A stretch of DNA of 64,000 nt from Macrostomum lignano (Eukaryota), in contig NIVC01001735.1 in the NCBI GenBank assembly GCA_002269645.1, forward strand, positions 118,888-182,887. The letters run 5' to 3'. This document shows, in pieces, positions 37,515 to 48,519 of this stretch. Within the stretch, counting starts at the first letter, position 1, and every line of letters starts with the position of its first letter. The notes beneath the pieces are model-generated. The model saw nothing but the letters and a program-made list of their open reading frames with translations, was not told the origin of the DNA and searched no databases. The position numbers were made by a program, and so were the translations under genes.

Positions 37515-38342
37515 TCGGTCGCGATTTTAACTGCGTGTTGGTTCTCTCTACTAAAGTAAGCAGGTGGCTTAAGCAAAATTTATGTCCTGTCTAGACCTGG
37601 AGAGCCGCCTAACGTCTAAAACCCTCTCTTTTGAAGTTCGGTGTATGACCGAAGTTCTTTTTTTATGCCATAGACTATAACATTAAACCTACATGATAAC
37701 TAAGACCTATTCAACAACAAAACAAGCATGAAGTACTTTCTCAATCATAAAATGCTAATGTAGAACTAATTGGATGAATTCTGTAGATTTTATACTTAGT
37801 GGAAGCAATATTACGAGTATACTGCAGTTAAAACATTAACAGAGCCTATCTGACAAGATTATAATAATAACTTGTCGTTAAGTTCGGGGATTAAAACTAC
37901 ACCTTAAGGCAAATACACAATAGAGACAAAGAAGAATTAGTTGGGCTCGAAAATAATGCTATTGAAGTAGTATATACAAACACAACACTACAACGTACTG
38001 TACATGTAAGACTGACGAAGTAGGCATAAACGTATAAGAACCCAAGTAAACAAAAGCTACTGTTATAAGCACACGTTGAAGCTAAATTGCCATGGGTGTG
38101 TTTTTCTATACAAACTCTGCATAACCCTCTTGTGGTTTTAGGGTAGATCTTAGGCTTTTGTTTTAGCTCTCGAGCACAAGCTGTAGCTAACCTTTCGTTC
38201 GGATGAAATATTTGACAGAAAGCTGGAAGTTGATGGAATTCAAACATGGCGAGTCTTTTAATGACTTGAAAGGTGTCAAGAAATGCACGTTGAACCAATG
38301 CGAGTGTATTTAGAATTTTATATTGCAATAATTTGACCACAA

Positions 38343-38975
38343 GCCCTATTCCACTCGCCCCTCAATGTACACACAGCTTGACCAGAGCCGTATTCCACTC
38401 GCCCCTCAATGTACACACAGCTTGACCAGAGCCCTATTTCACTCGCCCCTTAATGCAGACACAGCTTGACCAGAGCCGTATTCCACTCGCCCTCAATGTA
38501 CACACAGCTTGACCAGAGACCTATTTCACTCGCCCCTCAATGTACACACAGCTTGAACAGAGCCCTATTCCACTCGCCCCTCAATGTACACACAGCTTGA
38601 ACAGAGCCCTATTCCACTCGCCCCTCAATGTACACACAGCTTGACCAGAGACCTATTTCACTCGCCCCTCAATGTACACACAGCTTGAACAGAGCCCTAT
38701 TCCACTCGCCCCTCAATGTACACACTGCTTGAACAGAGCCCTATTCCACTCGCCCCTCAATGTACACACAGCTTGACCAGAGCCGTATTCCACTCGCCCT
38801 CAATGTACACACAGCTTGACCAGAGCCCTATTTCACTCGCCCCTTAATGCAGACACAGCTTGACCAGAGCCCTATTCCACTCGCCCCTCAATGTACACAC
38901 AGCTTGAACAGAGCCCTATTCCACTCGCCCTCAATGTACACACAGCTTGACCAGAGCCCTATTCCACTCGCCCCT
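38343..38975. repeat. 44-bp minisatellite (agccctattccactcgcccctcaatgtacacacagcttgaccag)
   Basis: tcaatgtac at 38537 and 38581. Confidence 0.93.
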
Positions 38976-39621
38976 CCAAAACACACGGCCTTGATTAGCC
39001 CGATTTCATGGACGCCGAATTGTACAGATTTATATTATTGGAAATTTGTTTTGCCCGGCAATTTACAGCATTTTATATGAGCTTTATTGCAGGTCAGAAC
39101 TCTATACGAGCTCTGCATAATCCTCTGTGTTTTAAGGTAGATCGTAGGCTTTTGTTTTAGCTCTCGAGCACATTAATTGTAGCTAGCTTTTTTTGGATCG
39201 GATGAAATATTTGACAGAAGGCTGGAAGTTGATGGAATTCAAACATGGCATGTATTTTAATGGCTTGAAAGGTGTCAAGAAATGCACGTTGAACCAATGC
39301 GAGTGTATTTAGAATTTTATATTACAATAATTACTGTTACAAAAAAGAAGTAATGCCAACAGGTGTTAAAAAGCACGAAAAATTAGGAATACGATCGAAT
39401 AGCTATTTTGTATTGATTTGATACACTTTAAGTGCAAGATACAATCGAACTGAAACATAAAATATACGAACTTCTACTTGTACAGGTGTAAAATGAATAA
39501 AACTGACAATACATGCTTGCATTTAAGCCGAGGCTAGTGAAAGTGAAACGGATGTGACATGCAGTTCAAAACAGCAAGTCTGCAAAACACGAGTACAGTA
39601 CATTAGTGCCATACGGTGAGT

Positions 39622-40449
39622 TCACTGCTCTGTGGCCTTCTCCGTTTCCATGGGAACGTCCTTCAGCTGCGGCTGCTCCCGAGCTGCCGGAGCCTCGAAC
39701 GGCGCCTCGATGCACAGCCGGCCATCGTGGCTGAGCTTGCTCACCACCTGGTCCAGCTTGGTGCCGTCGGGCAGCTGGTAGATTCGCTCCAGCCGCTTGT
39801 GGACCCGCTGCCCGCCGGCCTCCTCCTTGTGCTCCGCCTCCACCAGCACGCAGTCGCCCTGCTGTCGCACGCGAATCTCGTCCGGCTTGAACTCGCGCAC
39901 CGACAGCTCCGCCTTGAACCGCTTGCTGCCATCGTCCGCCTCCACCAGCTGGCCGGACCCCTCAGACTGCAGGTCGCCTCGCAGCAGGCCGCGCAGCTCG
40001 TCCCACACGGAGTCGCCCTGCGGTTTCTGCTGCTGCTGCTGCTGCTCCTGCTGCTTCAGCTGCTGCTGCTTCTGCTGCTCCTTGAACGGCGCCTGCAGCA
40101 CCAGCATGCCGTCCCGGGTGAAGCCGCTGTTCAGCTTCTCTGCGTCCACTTCCTCCGGCAGCTCCACCGTCCGCTTCACCTCCGTCACGTCCTCGCCGTT
40201 CTCCAGCCGCGCCACCACCCGCACCTTCCGCTCCTCCCGCTTCACCGACACGTCCTTCGGCGAGAAGCCGCGAAGGTCCACAGTCCGGCTCCACTGACGC
40301 GGTCGCCTCGGACCTCTGTGCCGCAGCAGCTGCACCAGCGGGTCATACTCCGGCGTCAGCCAGTCGTCCAGCTCGCTCATGGCTGCCACGAGCGGCAGAG
40401 AGTGCGAGAACGGCGTGTACACGTTGCTCGGTGCGATCCACAGAGACAT
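39622..40449 (-). CDS. Small heat-shock protein with two alpha-crystallin domains, copy A
   Basis: VDLRGFSPKDVSVK..LPEEVDAEKLNSGFTRDGMLVLQAP and LSVREFKPDEIRVR..YQLPDG..LSHDGRLCIEAP; ATG chosen downstream of TATA. Confidence 0.92.
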   Translation of the reverse strand: MSLWIAPSNVYTPFSHSLPLVAAMSELDDWLTPEYDPLVQLLRHRGPRRPRQWSRTVDLRGFSPKDVSVKREERKVRVVARLENGEDVTEVKRTVELPEEVDAEKLNSGFTRDGMLVLQAPFKEQQKQQQLKQQEQQQQQQKPQGDSVWDELRGLLRGDLQSEGSGQLVEADDGSKRFKAELSVREFKPDEIRVRQQGDCVLVEAEHKEEAGGQRVHKRLERIYQLPDGTKLDQVVSKLSHDGRLCIEAPFEAPAAREQPQLKDVPMETEKATEQ

Positions 40450-40571
40450 GCTTGCTGTGTCGCTTGTAAATGATAGAGTTTGGCGATTGATTCGCTTTGC
40501 TTGAGATTGCTTTGCTTGCGGTTGCTTTGTGTGCTCGAATCCTGCCTCACTCTCGGATCCAGCTGTCTCGC

Positions 40572-40747
40572 TTTTATAGACTGGCACTGAGGACGCTTCT
40601 CGAATTTTCTCGCCCACTGACTCATTCTGGAAATTTCTAGAAATCGAGCCGCCTACCCAAATTTAGACAGCAAAATGTTCATATTTCTACTGTTAGTAGA
40701 TGAAACGCGCGTGCCTGTTTATCGAATTAGAAAATTCTAGAACTTTC
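40572..40747 (-). promoter_or_regulatory. Heat-shock promoter of copy A (TATA and HSE clusters)
   Basis: TATAAAA 40572-40578 on minus; nGAAn/nTTCn arrays at 40625-40642 and 40730-40747. Confidence 0.85.
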
Positions 40748-41605
40748 TGACTGTGGCTACGCCAAAAGTAAACATGTAAACAGGCCAAAGCAAAACTTGT
40801 TTACGAGACAAAGTAGCATACGCTCGTGCATTCGAAAAAAGGATTGCCTTCGAATGACGCTTACGTATTAGCGAAAATATTTGTGTAACAAAGGCGGGTT
40901 TGCGCTTGTTGCGGCCAGTGGCACGTTCAATGGTGAGCAGCGGCCGGGGGTAGGCCTGGGTACTTTCAGTTTGGCCGCTGCCCCATTGGTACTTGCATCC
41001 TTTCTCATTGCTTGTTGAATAAATTTGTAGCCTAGCTCATACATAAATCTCAGTAAAAACGGCCATGATCTCTACTTTAAAAAACTAATCATGTTTTGGC
41101 ATTCTATTTCGAGTATATTAAGCTCAGATATTCTCTGGTATGGACGGGCTTAAGAGGCTCAAGAGGTTGAAGGTTGAATGAAACATTTTGGACAGAAATA
41201 GTCGCTTTTGCAGATTTTCTATTGTATTTTTGGCAGTCTTGGCAAGCCTTAAACTGCAACATCAGTCTATGGGCCAGGCTGCAGTGAGCATCAGAGGAAA
41301 AGCAACTCAGGAGCCCCAGGCACAAGCGCAAAGAACTGAGAATTTCAACAAAGTTCAATTTCAACACAAGTAACTTCTATTTACTAACAAGAAAGCGCTT
41401 GTGCATCGAAAGAAAGGGGCAAAGGCCGAAAATTGTCTATGGCAATCATCAACCAATGAAAAGGCACGGGGGGGAACTGGATGCAAAAGAGTCAAAAACG
41501 AAAATAGCCAGAGCCAGAATAGCAATCCATTCTATTCATTCATCCATGGCTCCATCCCGCTGCCACTGCATAAAGCACAATCAGCCCTGGCAGTGCACAG
41601 AAGCC

Positions 41606-42448
41606 ATGGTCTCCGTTGAGTTCAACTGCGCCAACCTCAACCACACGATCGACAAGGTGGCCAAGTGGATGGCCATGTCCGACTCGCAGGTCTGCCTGTT
41701 CGCAAACGACACTTCCGTCTCCATTCCGTCGTCATTGTCGACGAACTCGGCAGGCAAGCGGGGCCGGCAGGTGCTCATCGACCGGCTGAAGGGCGACGCG
41801 GTGAGCCGCATGAAGTCGCTGCTCCGGAGCACGGCCAGCCAGCAGAACAACCACAACGAGTTCAAGAGGAAGTCCGGCGACAGGCGCTCCGCCGTCATGG
41901 ACTCGTGCAGCTCCGACAGCTCCGGCGCGACGCTGAACCGCAACCGGAACAACCGGCACGGCACCGAGGCGGAGCACCGGCGCAAGACGCACTCGGACAG
42001 CCGGCACAGGCGCCAGTCGCAGCCGTCCAACAGCCACTCGGCTGCCATGCAGCGCAGGGACAGCGGCGACGGCAGCGGCGACTTCAAGGAGGACAAGTAC
42101 CTCGAGCGCATCATCGAGCGGGCCACTCAGGAGATTCGAGTCGCAATCTACAAGCTCAGCGCCGAGAACAAGCTGCCGGAGAAGTGCCACCTCAAGATGA
42201 AGCTGTCCATCAAGCCGCAGCGGGCAGCCAGCGAGGCCAACAGCCCGAAGGAGCAGCACGGCCGGCATCGAGGCGGCGCCCGAGGCAGCAGAGACGAGGA
42301 CGAAGGACGCCACCGGGTGTCGAACTCCGGGCGTCACAGGACCTCGGAGAGAGACGGCAGGGGCAAGTCGGACAGGGAGAAGCGGGCCAGCTCGACGTCA
42401 AACAAGCGGGAGCAGCGCGAGCAGCGGAAGGACAAGCGGAAGCGCTGA
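41606..42448 (+). CDS. Orphan Ser/Arg/His-rich protein in the palindrome spacer; 5' end uncertain
   Basis: GC3-rich open frame like neighbouring genes; ORF is open from 41399 but composition changes near ATG 41606; no family recognised. Confidence 0.55.
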   Translation: MVSVEFNCANLNHTIDKVAKWMAMSDSQVCLFANDTSVSIPSSLSTNSAGKRGRQVLIDRLKGDAVSRMKSLLRSTASQQNNHNEFKRKSGDRRSAVMDSCSSDSSGATLNRNRNNRHGTEAEHRRKTHSDSRHRRQSQPSNSHSAAMQRRDSGDGSGDFKEDKYLERIIERATQEIRVAIYKLSAENKLPEKCHLKMKLSIKPQRAASEANSPKEQHGRHRGGARGSRDEDEGRHRVSNSGRHRTSERDGRGKSDREKRASSTSNKREQREQRKDKRKR

Positions 42449-43231
42449 GCCGTTAGTTGAGAAGCCTCTGAGCTTTTCACCGCTGCTTCTGCTTGGCTCT
42501 GAAAACTGCAACTGAGAATGGCGCTGAATGCTGCTCAGCCAGTTTACTGAAGTCTTAATTTTTAACAATAAGTCTCGTACGGTCCAATATTCCCTTTGCT
42601 GTGCTGGAAAAGGTTGAGCTGCCTACTGGGCTGCCGATACACGCGGACCGCCAGCGCGAATGCCATCCTCAGCTTCACTTTTTAACTCCTGACACCTGCT
42701 GATCTAAGCATCATGACTTTCAATTATATACTCCACGCAACAGTGTGCCATCAATATTAGTAGCGCTTTGAGCAGTGTGGAGGCCTGGGAAAAGAAATAT
42801 TTATTTACTCACAATTGTAGGAAAAGATGGCTTGCTTTCGCAGCTTAAAATACACAATTTACGCGCTACTTCCTGTTACTAATGGGGACGCATTTTTATT
42901 TAATACCACTACAACTAGAATTTCTTTTGCTTTTGTTGAACGAGAAGAATAGACTATCAGCTTTTTCCCATAACGCTATTACGAAAAGGGGATGAAACTT
43001 CAGTAGATGCATGTACAGAGTCACTGCATTTAATTATTGGCTCAATAGGTCATGGTCAACTATGGTCACATGCTTCCCGTTTCAGTATTCGTAAATGTTC
43101 ACAGTATGCTCACCGCAACGAGAAAGCGACAGACAATTTTTTATATCACTCAAAATATTAAAAAGAAACGGCCGTTTCATCTACTAACAGTAACAGCCTG
43201 TTTACATGTACTTTAGGCGTAGCCACAGTCA

Positions 43232-43407
43232 GAAAGTTCTAGAATTTTCTAATTCGATAAACAGGCACGCGCGTTTCATCTACTAACAGTAGAAATATGA
43301 ACATTTTGCTGTCTAAATTTGGGTAGGCGGCTCGATTTCTAGAAATTTCCAGAATGAGTCAGTGGGCGAGAAAATTCGAGAAGCGTCCTCAGTGCCAGTC
43401 TATAAAA
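43232..43407 (+). promoter_or_regulatory. Heat-shock promoter of copy B: three HSE clusters and TATA
   Basis: GAAagTTCtaGAAttTTC 43232-43249; TTCtaGAAatTTCcaGAA 43337-43354; GAAaaTTCgaGAA 43370-43382; TATAAAA 43401-43407. Confidence 0.88.
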
Positions 43408-43529
43408 GCGAGACAGCTGGATCCGAGAGTGAGGCAGGATTCGAGCACACAAAGCAACCGCAAGCAAAGCAATCTCAAGCAAAGCGAATCAATCGCCAAA
43501 CTCTATCATTTACAAGCGACACAGCAAGC

Positions 43530-44357
43530 ATGTCTCTGTGGATCGCACCGAGCAACGTGTACACGCCGTTCTCGCACTCTCTGCCGCTCGTGGCAGCCAT
43601 GAGCGAGCTGGACGACTGGCTGACGCCGGAGTATGACCCGCTGGTGCAGCTGCTGCGGCACAGAGGTCCGAGGCGACCGCGTCAGTGGAGCCGGACTGTG
43701 GACCTTCGCGGCTTCTCGCCGAAGGACGTGTCGGTGAAGCGGGAGGAGCGGAAGGTGCGGGTGGTGGCGCGGCTGGAGAACGGCGAGGACGTGACGGAGG
43801 TGAAGCGGACGGTGGAGCTGCCGGAGGAAGTGGACGCAGAGAAGCTGAACAGCGGCTTCACCCGGGACGGCATGCTGGTGCTGCAGGCGCCGTTCAAGGA
43901 GCAGCAGAAGCAGCAGCAGCTGAAGCAGCAGGAGCAGCAGCAGCAGCAGCAGAAACCGCAGGGCGACTCCGTGTGGGACGAGCTGCGCGGCCTGCTGCGA
44001 GGCGACCTGCAGTCTGAGGGGTCCGGCCAGCTGGTGGAGGCGGACGATGGCAGCAAGCGGTTCAAGGCGGAGCTGTCGGTGCGCGAGTTCAAGCCGGACG
44101 AGATTCGCGTGCGACAGCAGGGCGACTGCGTGCTGGTGGAGGCGGAGCACAAGGAGGAGGCCGGCGGGCAGCGGGTCCACAAGCGGCTGGAGCGAATCTA
44201 CCAGCTGCCCGACGGCACCAAGCTGGACCAGGTGGTGAGCAAGCTCAGCCACGATGGCCGGCTGTGCATCGAGGCGCCGTTCGAGGCTCCGGCAGCTCGG
44301 GAGCAGCCGCAGCTGAAGGACGTTCCCATGGAAACGGAGAAGGCCACAGAGCAGTGA
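43530..44357 (+). CDS. Small heat-shock protein with two alpha-crystallin domains, copy B
   Basis: Translation identical to copy A; ATG 43530 lies downstream of TATA, whereas the ORF-track start 43362 lies upstream. Confidence 0.92.
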   Translation: MSLWIAPSNVYTPFSHSLPLVAAMSELDDWLTPEYDPLVQLLRHRGPRRPRQWSRTVDLRGFSPKDVSVKREERKVRVVARLENGEDVTEVKRTVELPEEVDAEKLNSGFTRDGMLVLQAPFKEQQKQQQLKQQEQQQQQQKPQGDSVWDELRGLLRGDLQSEGSGQLVEADDGSKRFKAELSVREFKPDEIRVRQQGDCVLVEAEHKEEAGGQRVHKRLERIYQLPDGTKLDQVVSKLSHDGRLCIEAPFEAPAAREQPQLKDVPMETEKATEQ

Positions 44358-45004
44358 ACTCACCGTATGGCACTAATGTACTGTACTCGTGTTTTGCAGA
44401 CTTGCTGTTTTGAACTGCATGTCACATCCGTTTCACTTTCACTAGCCTCGGCTTAAATGCAAGCATGTATTGTCAGTTTTATTCATTTTACACCTGTACA
44501 AGTAGAAGTTCGTATATTTTATGTTTCAGTTCGATTGTATCTTGCACTTAAAGTGTATCAAATCAATACAAAATAGCTATTCGATCGTATTCCTAATTTT
44601 TCGTGCTTTTTAACACCTGTTGGCATTACTTCTTTTTTGTAACAGTAATTATTGTAATATAAATTTCTAAATACACTCGCATTGGTTCAACGTGCATTTC
44701 TTGACACCTTTCAAGCCATTAAAATACATGCCATGTTTGAATTCCATCAACTTCCAGCCTTCTGTCAAATATTTCATCCGATCCAAAAAAAGCTAGCTAC
44801 AATTAATGTGCTCGAGAGCTAAAACAAAAGCCTACGATCTACCTTAAAACACAGAGGATTATGCAGAGCTCGTATAGAGTTCTGACCTGCAATAAAGCTC
44901 ATATAAAATGCTGTAAATTGCCGGGCAAAACAAATTTCCAATAATATAAATCTGTACAATTCGGCGTCCATGAAATCGGGCTAATCAAGGCCGTGTGTTT
45001 TGGA

Positions 45005-46085
45005 GGGGCGAGTGGAATAGGGCTCTGGTCAAGCTGTGTGTACATTGAGGGCGAGTGGAATAGGGCTCTGTTCAAGCTGTGTGTACATTGAGGGGCGAGT
45101 GGAATAGGGCTCTGGTCAAGCTGTGTCTGCATTAAGGGGCGAGTGAAATAGGGCTCTGGTCAAGCTGTGTGTACATTGAGGGCGAGTGGAATACGGCTCT
45201 GGTCAAGCTGTGTGTACATTGAGGGGCGAGTGGAATAGGGCTCTGTTCAAGCAGTGTGTACATTGAGGGGCGAGTGGAATAGGGCTCTGTTCAAGCTGTG
45301 TGTACATTGAGGGGCGAGTGAAATAGGTCTCTGGTCAAGCTGTGTGTACATTGAGGGCGAGTGGAATACGGCTCTGGTCAAGCTGTGTCTGCTTTAAGGG
45401 GCGAGTGAAATAGGGCTCTGGTCAAGCTGTGTGTACATTGAGGGGCGAGTGGAATACGGCTCTGGTCAAGCTGTGTGTACATTGAGGGACAAGTGGAATA
45501 GGGCTCTGGTCAAGCTGTGTGTACATTGAGGGGCGAGTGGAATAGGGCTCTGGTCAAGCTGTGCGTACATTGAGGGGCGAGTGGAATAGGGCTCTGGTCA
45601 AGCTGTGTGTACATTGAGGGGCGAGTGGAATACGGCTCTGTTCAAGCTGTGTCTGCATTAAGGGGCGAGTGAAATAGGGCTCTGGTCAAGCTGTGTGTAC
45701 ATTGAGGGGCGAGTGGAATAGGGCTCTGGTCAAGCTGTGTGTACATTGAGGGGCGAGTGGAATAGGGCTCTGTTCAAGCTGTGTGTACATTGAGGGGCGA
45801 GTGGAATAGGGCTCTGGTCAAGCTGTGTGTACATTGAGGGGCGAGTGGAATAGGGCTCTGGTCAAGCTGTGTGTACATTGAGGGGCGAGTGGAATAGGGC
45901 TCTGTTCAAGCTGTGTGTACATTGAGGGACAAGTGGAATAGGGCTCTGGTCAAGCTGTGTGTACATTGAGGGGCGAGTGGAATAGGGCTCTGGTCAAGCT
46001 GTGTGTACATTGAGGGGCGAGTGGAATAGGGCTCTGGTCAAGCTGTGTGTACATTGAGGGGCGAGTGGAATAGGGCTCTGGTCAT
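45005..46085. repeat. 44-bp minisatellite, reverse complement of 38343-38975 but longer
   Basis: gggcgagtggaatagggctctggtcaagctgtgtgtacattgag units. Confidence 0.93.
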
Positions 46086-46620
46086 GCAAGGCCGTGTCCT
46101 GGTCACATGTAAAATTACTTTACTTTGATCCAAATACTAAATGTACATACGGCAAATTGGCATCAGGGAGGCGATGTTTACAGTGAGCAAATATAATCCT
46201 CAATAATCGACCACTGAGAATGGTACAACTATTCGCCAGCGTGAAAATACGAGTGAACATATTTTCTTATTTAAGGCTAGTTTGTAAAACCTGTTTACAG
46301 AGACAATAACTGATTGCCTGTCGGTTTTGTGTCAATACACATTAAATTTTATCCAGCAGATAATTAGATCTATCACGCAGTGAGACATTTTATTGGAAGT
46401 CGCTCATGCAGCACTGCACAAGCCAATCAATCTACTTTGCTTTACGGGTATGGTTTTAACGACTGTTTAACTTTGCTCAGCAAACACACCTGGTCTGTGT
46501 ACTTTATTTGCACTTCCAGTATATAGACATATCTTTACTTAGTTTCTTGTATATATTGGCTTCATACAGTTAAAGAGCCAGAATTCAGCAGCCAAATCCA
46601 ATCAAATCATCAAACCAACT

Positions 46621-48519
46621 ATGACTGACAGAATTTCGCTACACTCGGTCGGTTCCGATGCTTCGCGTTCCGACCCGATTTCCAGCAGTTGCACCGCAAG
46701 CAGCGTCGCTTCCGCGCTACTGGAGGCAATGCGAAACGGACAGTGGGACGAATTCAGTGACCAGCTTGAGAAGCTCGATGCAGACGAGATCCAGGACCTG
46801 CTGCTACCGAACTCGGTTGTAGAGACTGCGTCTGTTCACTTCAAAAGTGGAAGTCGATCTTCTTCAACGGATTGCGAGATCGCGCCGCTGGTTGAACTCA
46901 TGCTCTGCCGGAAGCCAAAGCTGACTAAACGTGCTGTGGAGTTGATGCTCATCCCCTGCTCGGAGAATCTCGTCGACTGTCCGATGGTCTCACTAGTGCA
47001 GAGAGCGAGATTCGCTCTATTCCAACTGGTTGACTTCTGTCATGATCACGAAGATTACGAGCAGCCCATGGCGAAGCTGTTTCAGCTGCTGTGCAATGAC
47101 CAGCCAGCATTCTGGGCCGCATTGCTGACTGTAGAGGAAACTGTTGACGCGCTGACTGCCTTGGAGTATGCAGCCGTGCGGCGCTGCTTCCGCCTGGCCA
47201 GGGAGTTCATTGAAGCGCCCCAAAGCATTAGAACTACTCGAGTGTCCAATGCAGACCGCAGGATGCATCTGGATAAGTATGACCTATCGCGTTATCACTG
47301 GCTCAGCGGTGACAGATTCTCGAAATCGCCGTTTGTCCAGCTGGGATGCGCCACCACCCGACGACTTCAAGACCAGTTACCCGACTCATACGAAGAGTTC
47401 TACCGCTGCCCAGTAGTTCAAGGCTACATTCGCAGCTCCGGCAACGTCATATTCTCTCCGGCTAGCGCCATAATAGCGGCGATATTTTACTTGGCCTATT
47501 ATATTATCTATATTGTAACGTTCACAGCTCAGCTTTTTACCCGCGGTCAGTTTCGAGTCGACGCTGTCGTTCGAATCGCTGGCGAATCGGCGGGAATCAA
47601 CTCGACAATCTGCTATTTGGAGAATTTACCTCAGTCGCTATTGACCGTCATCGATTTTGCTAATAGCGGGCGCATAGCGTTGCAGGCTGTTACAGCTGTT
47701 ACTGCGGGCATGTTCCTGCTCTTCTCCTGCTTTGGCAATTGGAGTCTGCCAAGACCCTCAAGAAGGAATTGGATTGTCCTGCATTGGCTGCGCAGCGCCT
47801 GCACCTATGCAGCGGATATTCGCGAGGGATCGATTCTCAACCTACTATTGTTTCAGCTGTATTATTTTGTAAATCAGTTCGAATATTTGAAGTGGGACTA
47901 TGTCTACTGCAATGGAGTTGCCTACGTTGATCCCCTGAATCTGAAATGTCTATTTTTAATCCACTCTGTGTACCTAATTATGGTGATACTTTTTCTAATC
48001 AACCACTTGTCTCACCACTACAAGATATTCTTCTTTCTAATGCACAGCCTCCAAGAGTCTGTGAATGTTCTACTCATCACTATCACGCCGATTTTCATGC
48101 TGTGCATGTCCGCTGTGATCTGCTATCCCTTCACTCCTTCCGGCAGCGTTCACATCCTGGATCAGCTGTTTCAAATAGCCATTGGCGCCTGCCGGTTTGT
48201 CTTCGGTCTCGCTGAATATCCCGATTCAAAAAATACGATTCTGCAGTGGATTCAGCCGATTTTTTTCGTTCTCGTTGCGATATTTTTGACAAATTTTTGC
48301 ATCGCTCTACTAACCCAGCGTATATCAATATTGGAGCGCCAAGTTGACCTCAAGCAGGCGATGGCACAAATAGATTTGCAGCATCAAATTCTGCTCGGCA
48401 TCCGGTATTTTGGCTTCATCGACCGCGTGTTCATCAGGAGGCGGCGAAAGTTAATCGTGGAAAATATTCAACTGAGGGTCACGGTTGAGAATAGAGTCAC
48501 AGTCACCTGCGAAGACTAA
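46621..48519 (+). CDS. Intronless, divergent TRP-like (TRPA/TRPV-like) six-TM membrane protein
   Basis: 632-aa ORF; ankyrin-like LTALEYAA; pre-S1-like CPVVQGYI; several hydrophobic helices; pore-like RFVFGLAEY; S6-like FVLVAIFLTNFCIALL. Confidence 0.6.
   Translation: MTDRISLHSVGSDASRSDPISSSCTASSVASALLEAMRNGQWDEFSDQLEKLDADEIQDLLLPNSVVETASVHFKSGSRSSSTDCEIAPLVELMLCRKPKLTKRAVELMLIPCSENLVDCPMVSLVQRARFALFQLVDFCHDHEDYEQPMAKLFQLLCNDQPAFWAALLTVEETVDALTALEYAAVRRCFRLAREFIEAPQSIRTTRVSNADRRMHLDKYDLSRYHWLSGDRFSKSPFVQLGCATTRRLQDQLPDSYEEFYRCPVVQGYIRSSGNVIFSPASAIIAAIFYLAYYIIYIVTFTAQLFTRGQFRVDAVVRIAGESAGINSTICYLENLPQSLLTVIDFANSGRIALQAVTAVTAGMFLLFSCFGNWSLPRPSRRNWIVLHWLRSACTYAADIREGSILNLLLFQLYYFVNQFEYLKWDYVYCNGVAYVDPLNLKCLFLIHSVYLIMVILFLINHLSHHYKIFFFLMHSLQESVNVLLITITPIFMLCMSAVICYPFTPSGSVHILDQLFQIAIGACRFVFGLAEYPDSKNTILQWIQPIFFVLVAIFLTNFCIALLTQRISILERQVDLKQAMAQIDLQHQILLGIRYFGFIDRVFIRRRRKLIVENIQLRVTVENRVTVTCED

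Larger units (their letters stand above)
38620..40785. repeat. Left arm of a ~2.2-kb near-perfect inverted duplication
   Basis: Mirror coordinates sum to 83979 (39622+44357, 40617+43362, 38847+45132). Confidence 0.95.
43196..45355. repeat. Right arm of the inverted duplication
   Basis: Reverse complement of 38620-40785; small indel near the inner edge. Confidence 0.95.

Noticed and set aside
43362-43529. N-terminal extension of the sHSP from the ORF-track start (mirror 40450-40617)
   Set aside because: The upstream ATG lies before the TATA box and among the HSEs, so it is unlikely to be transcribed
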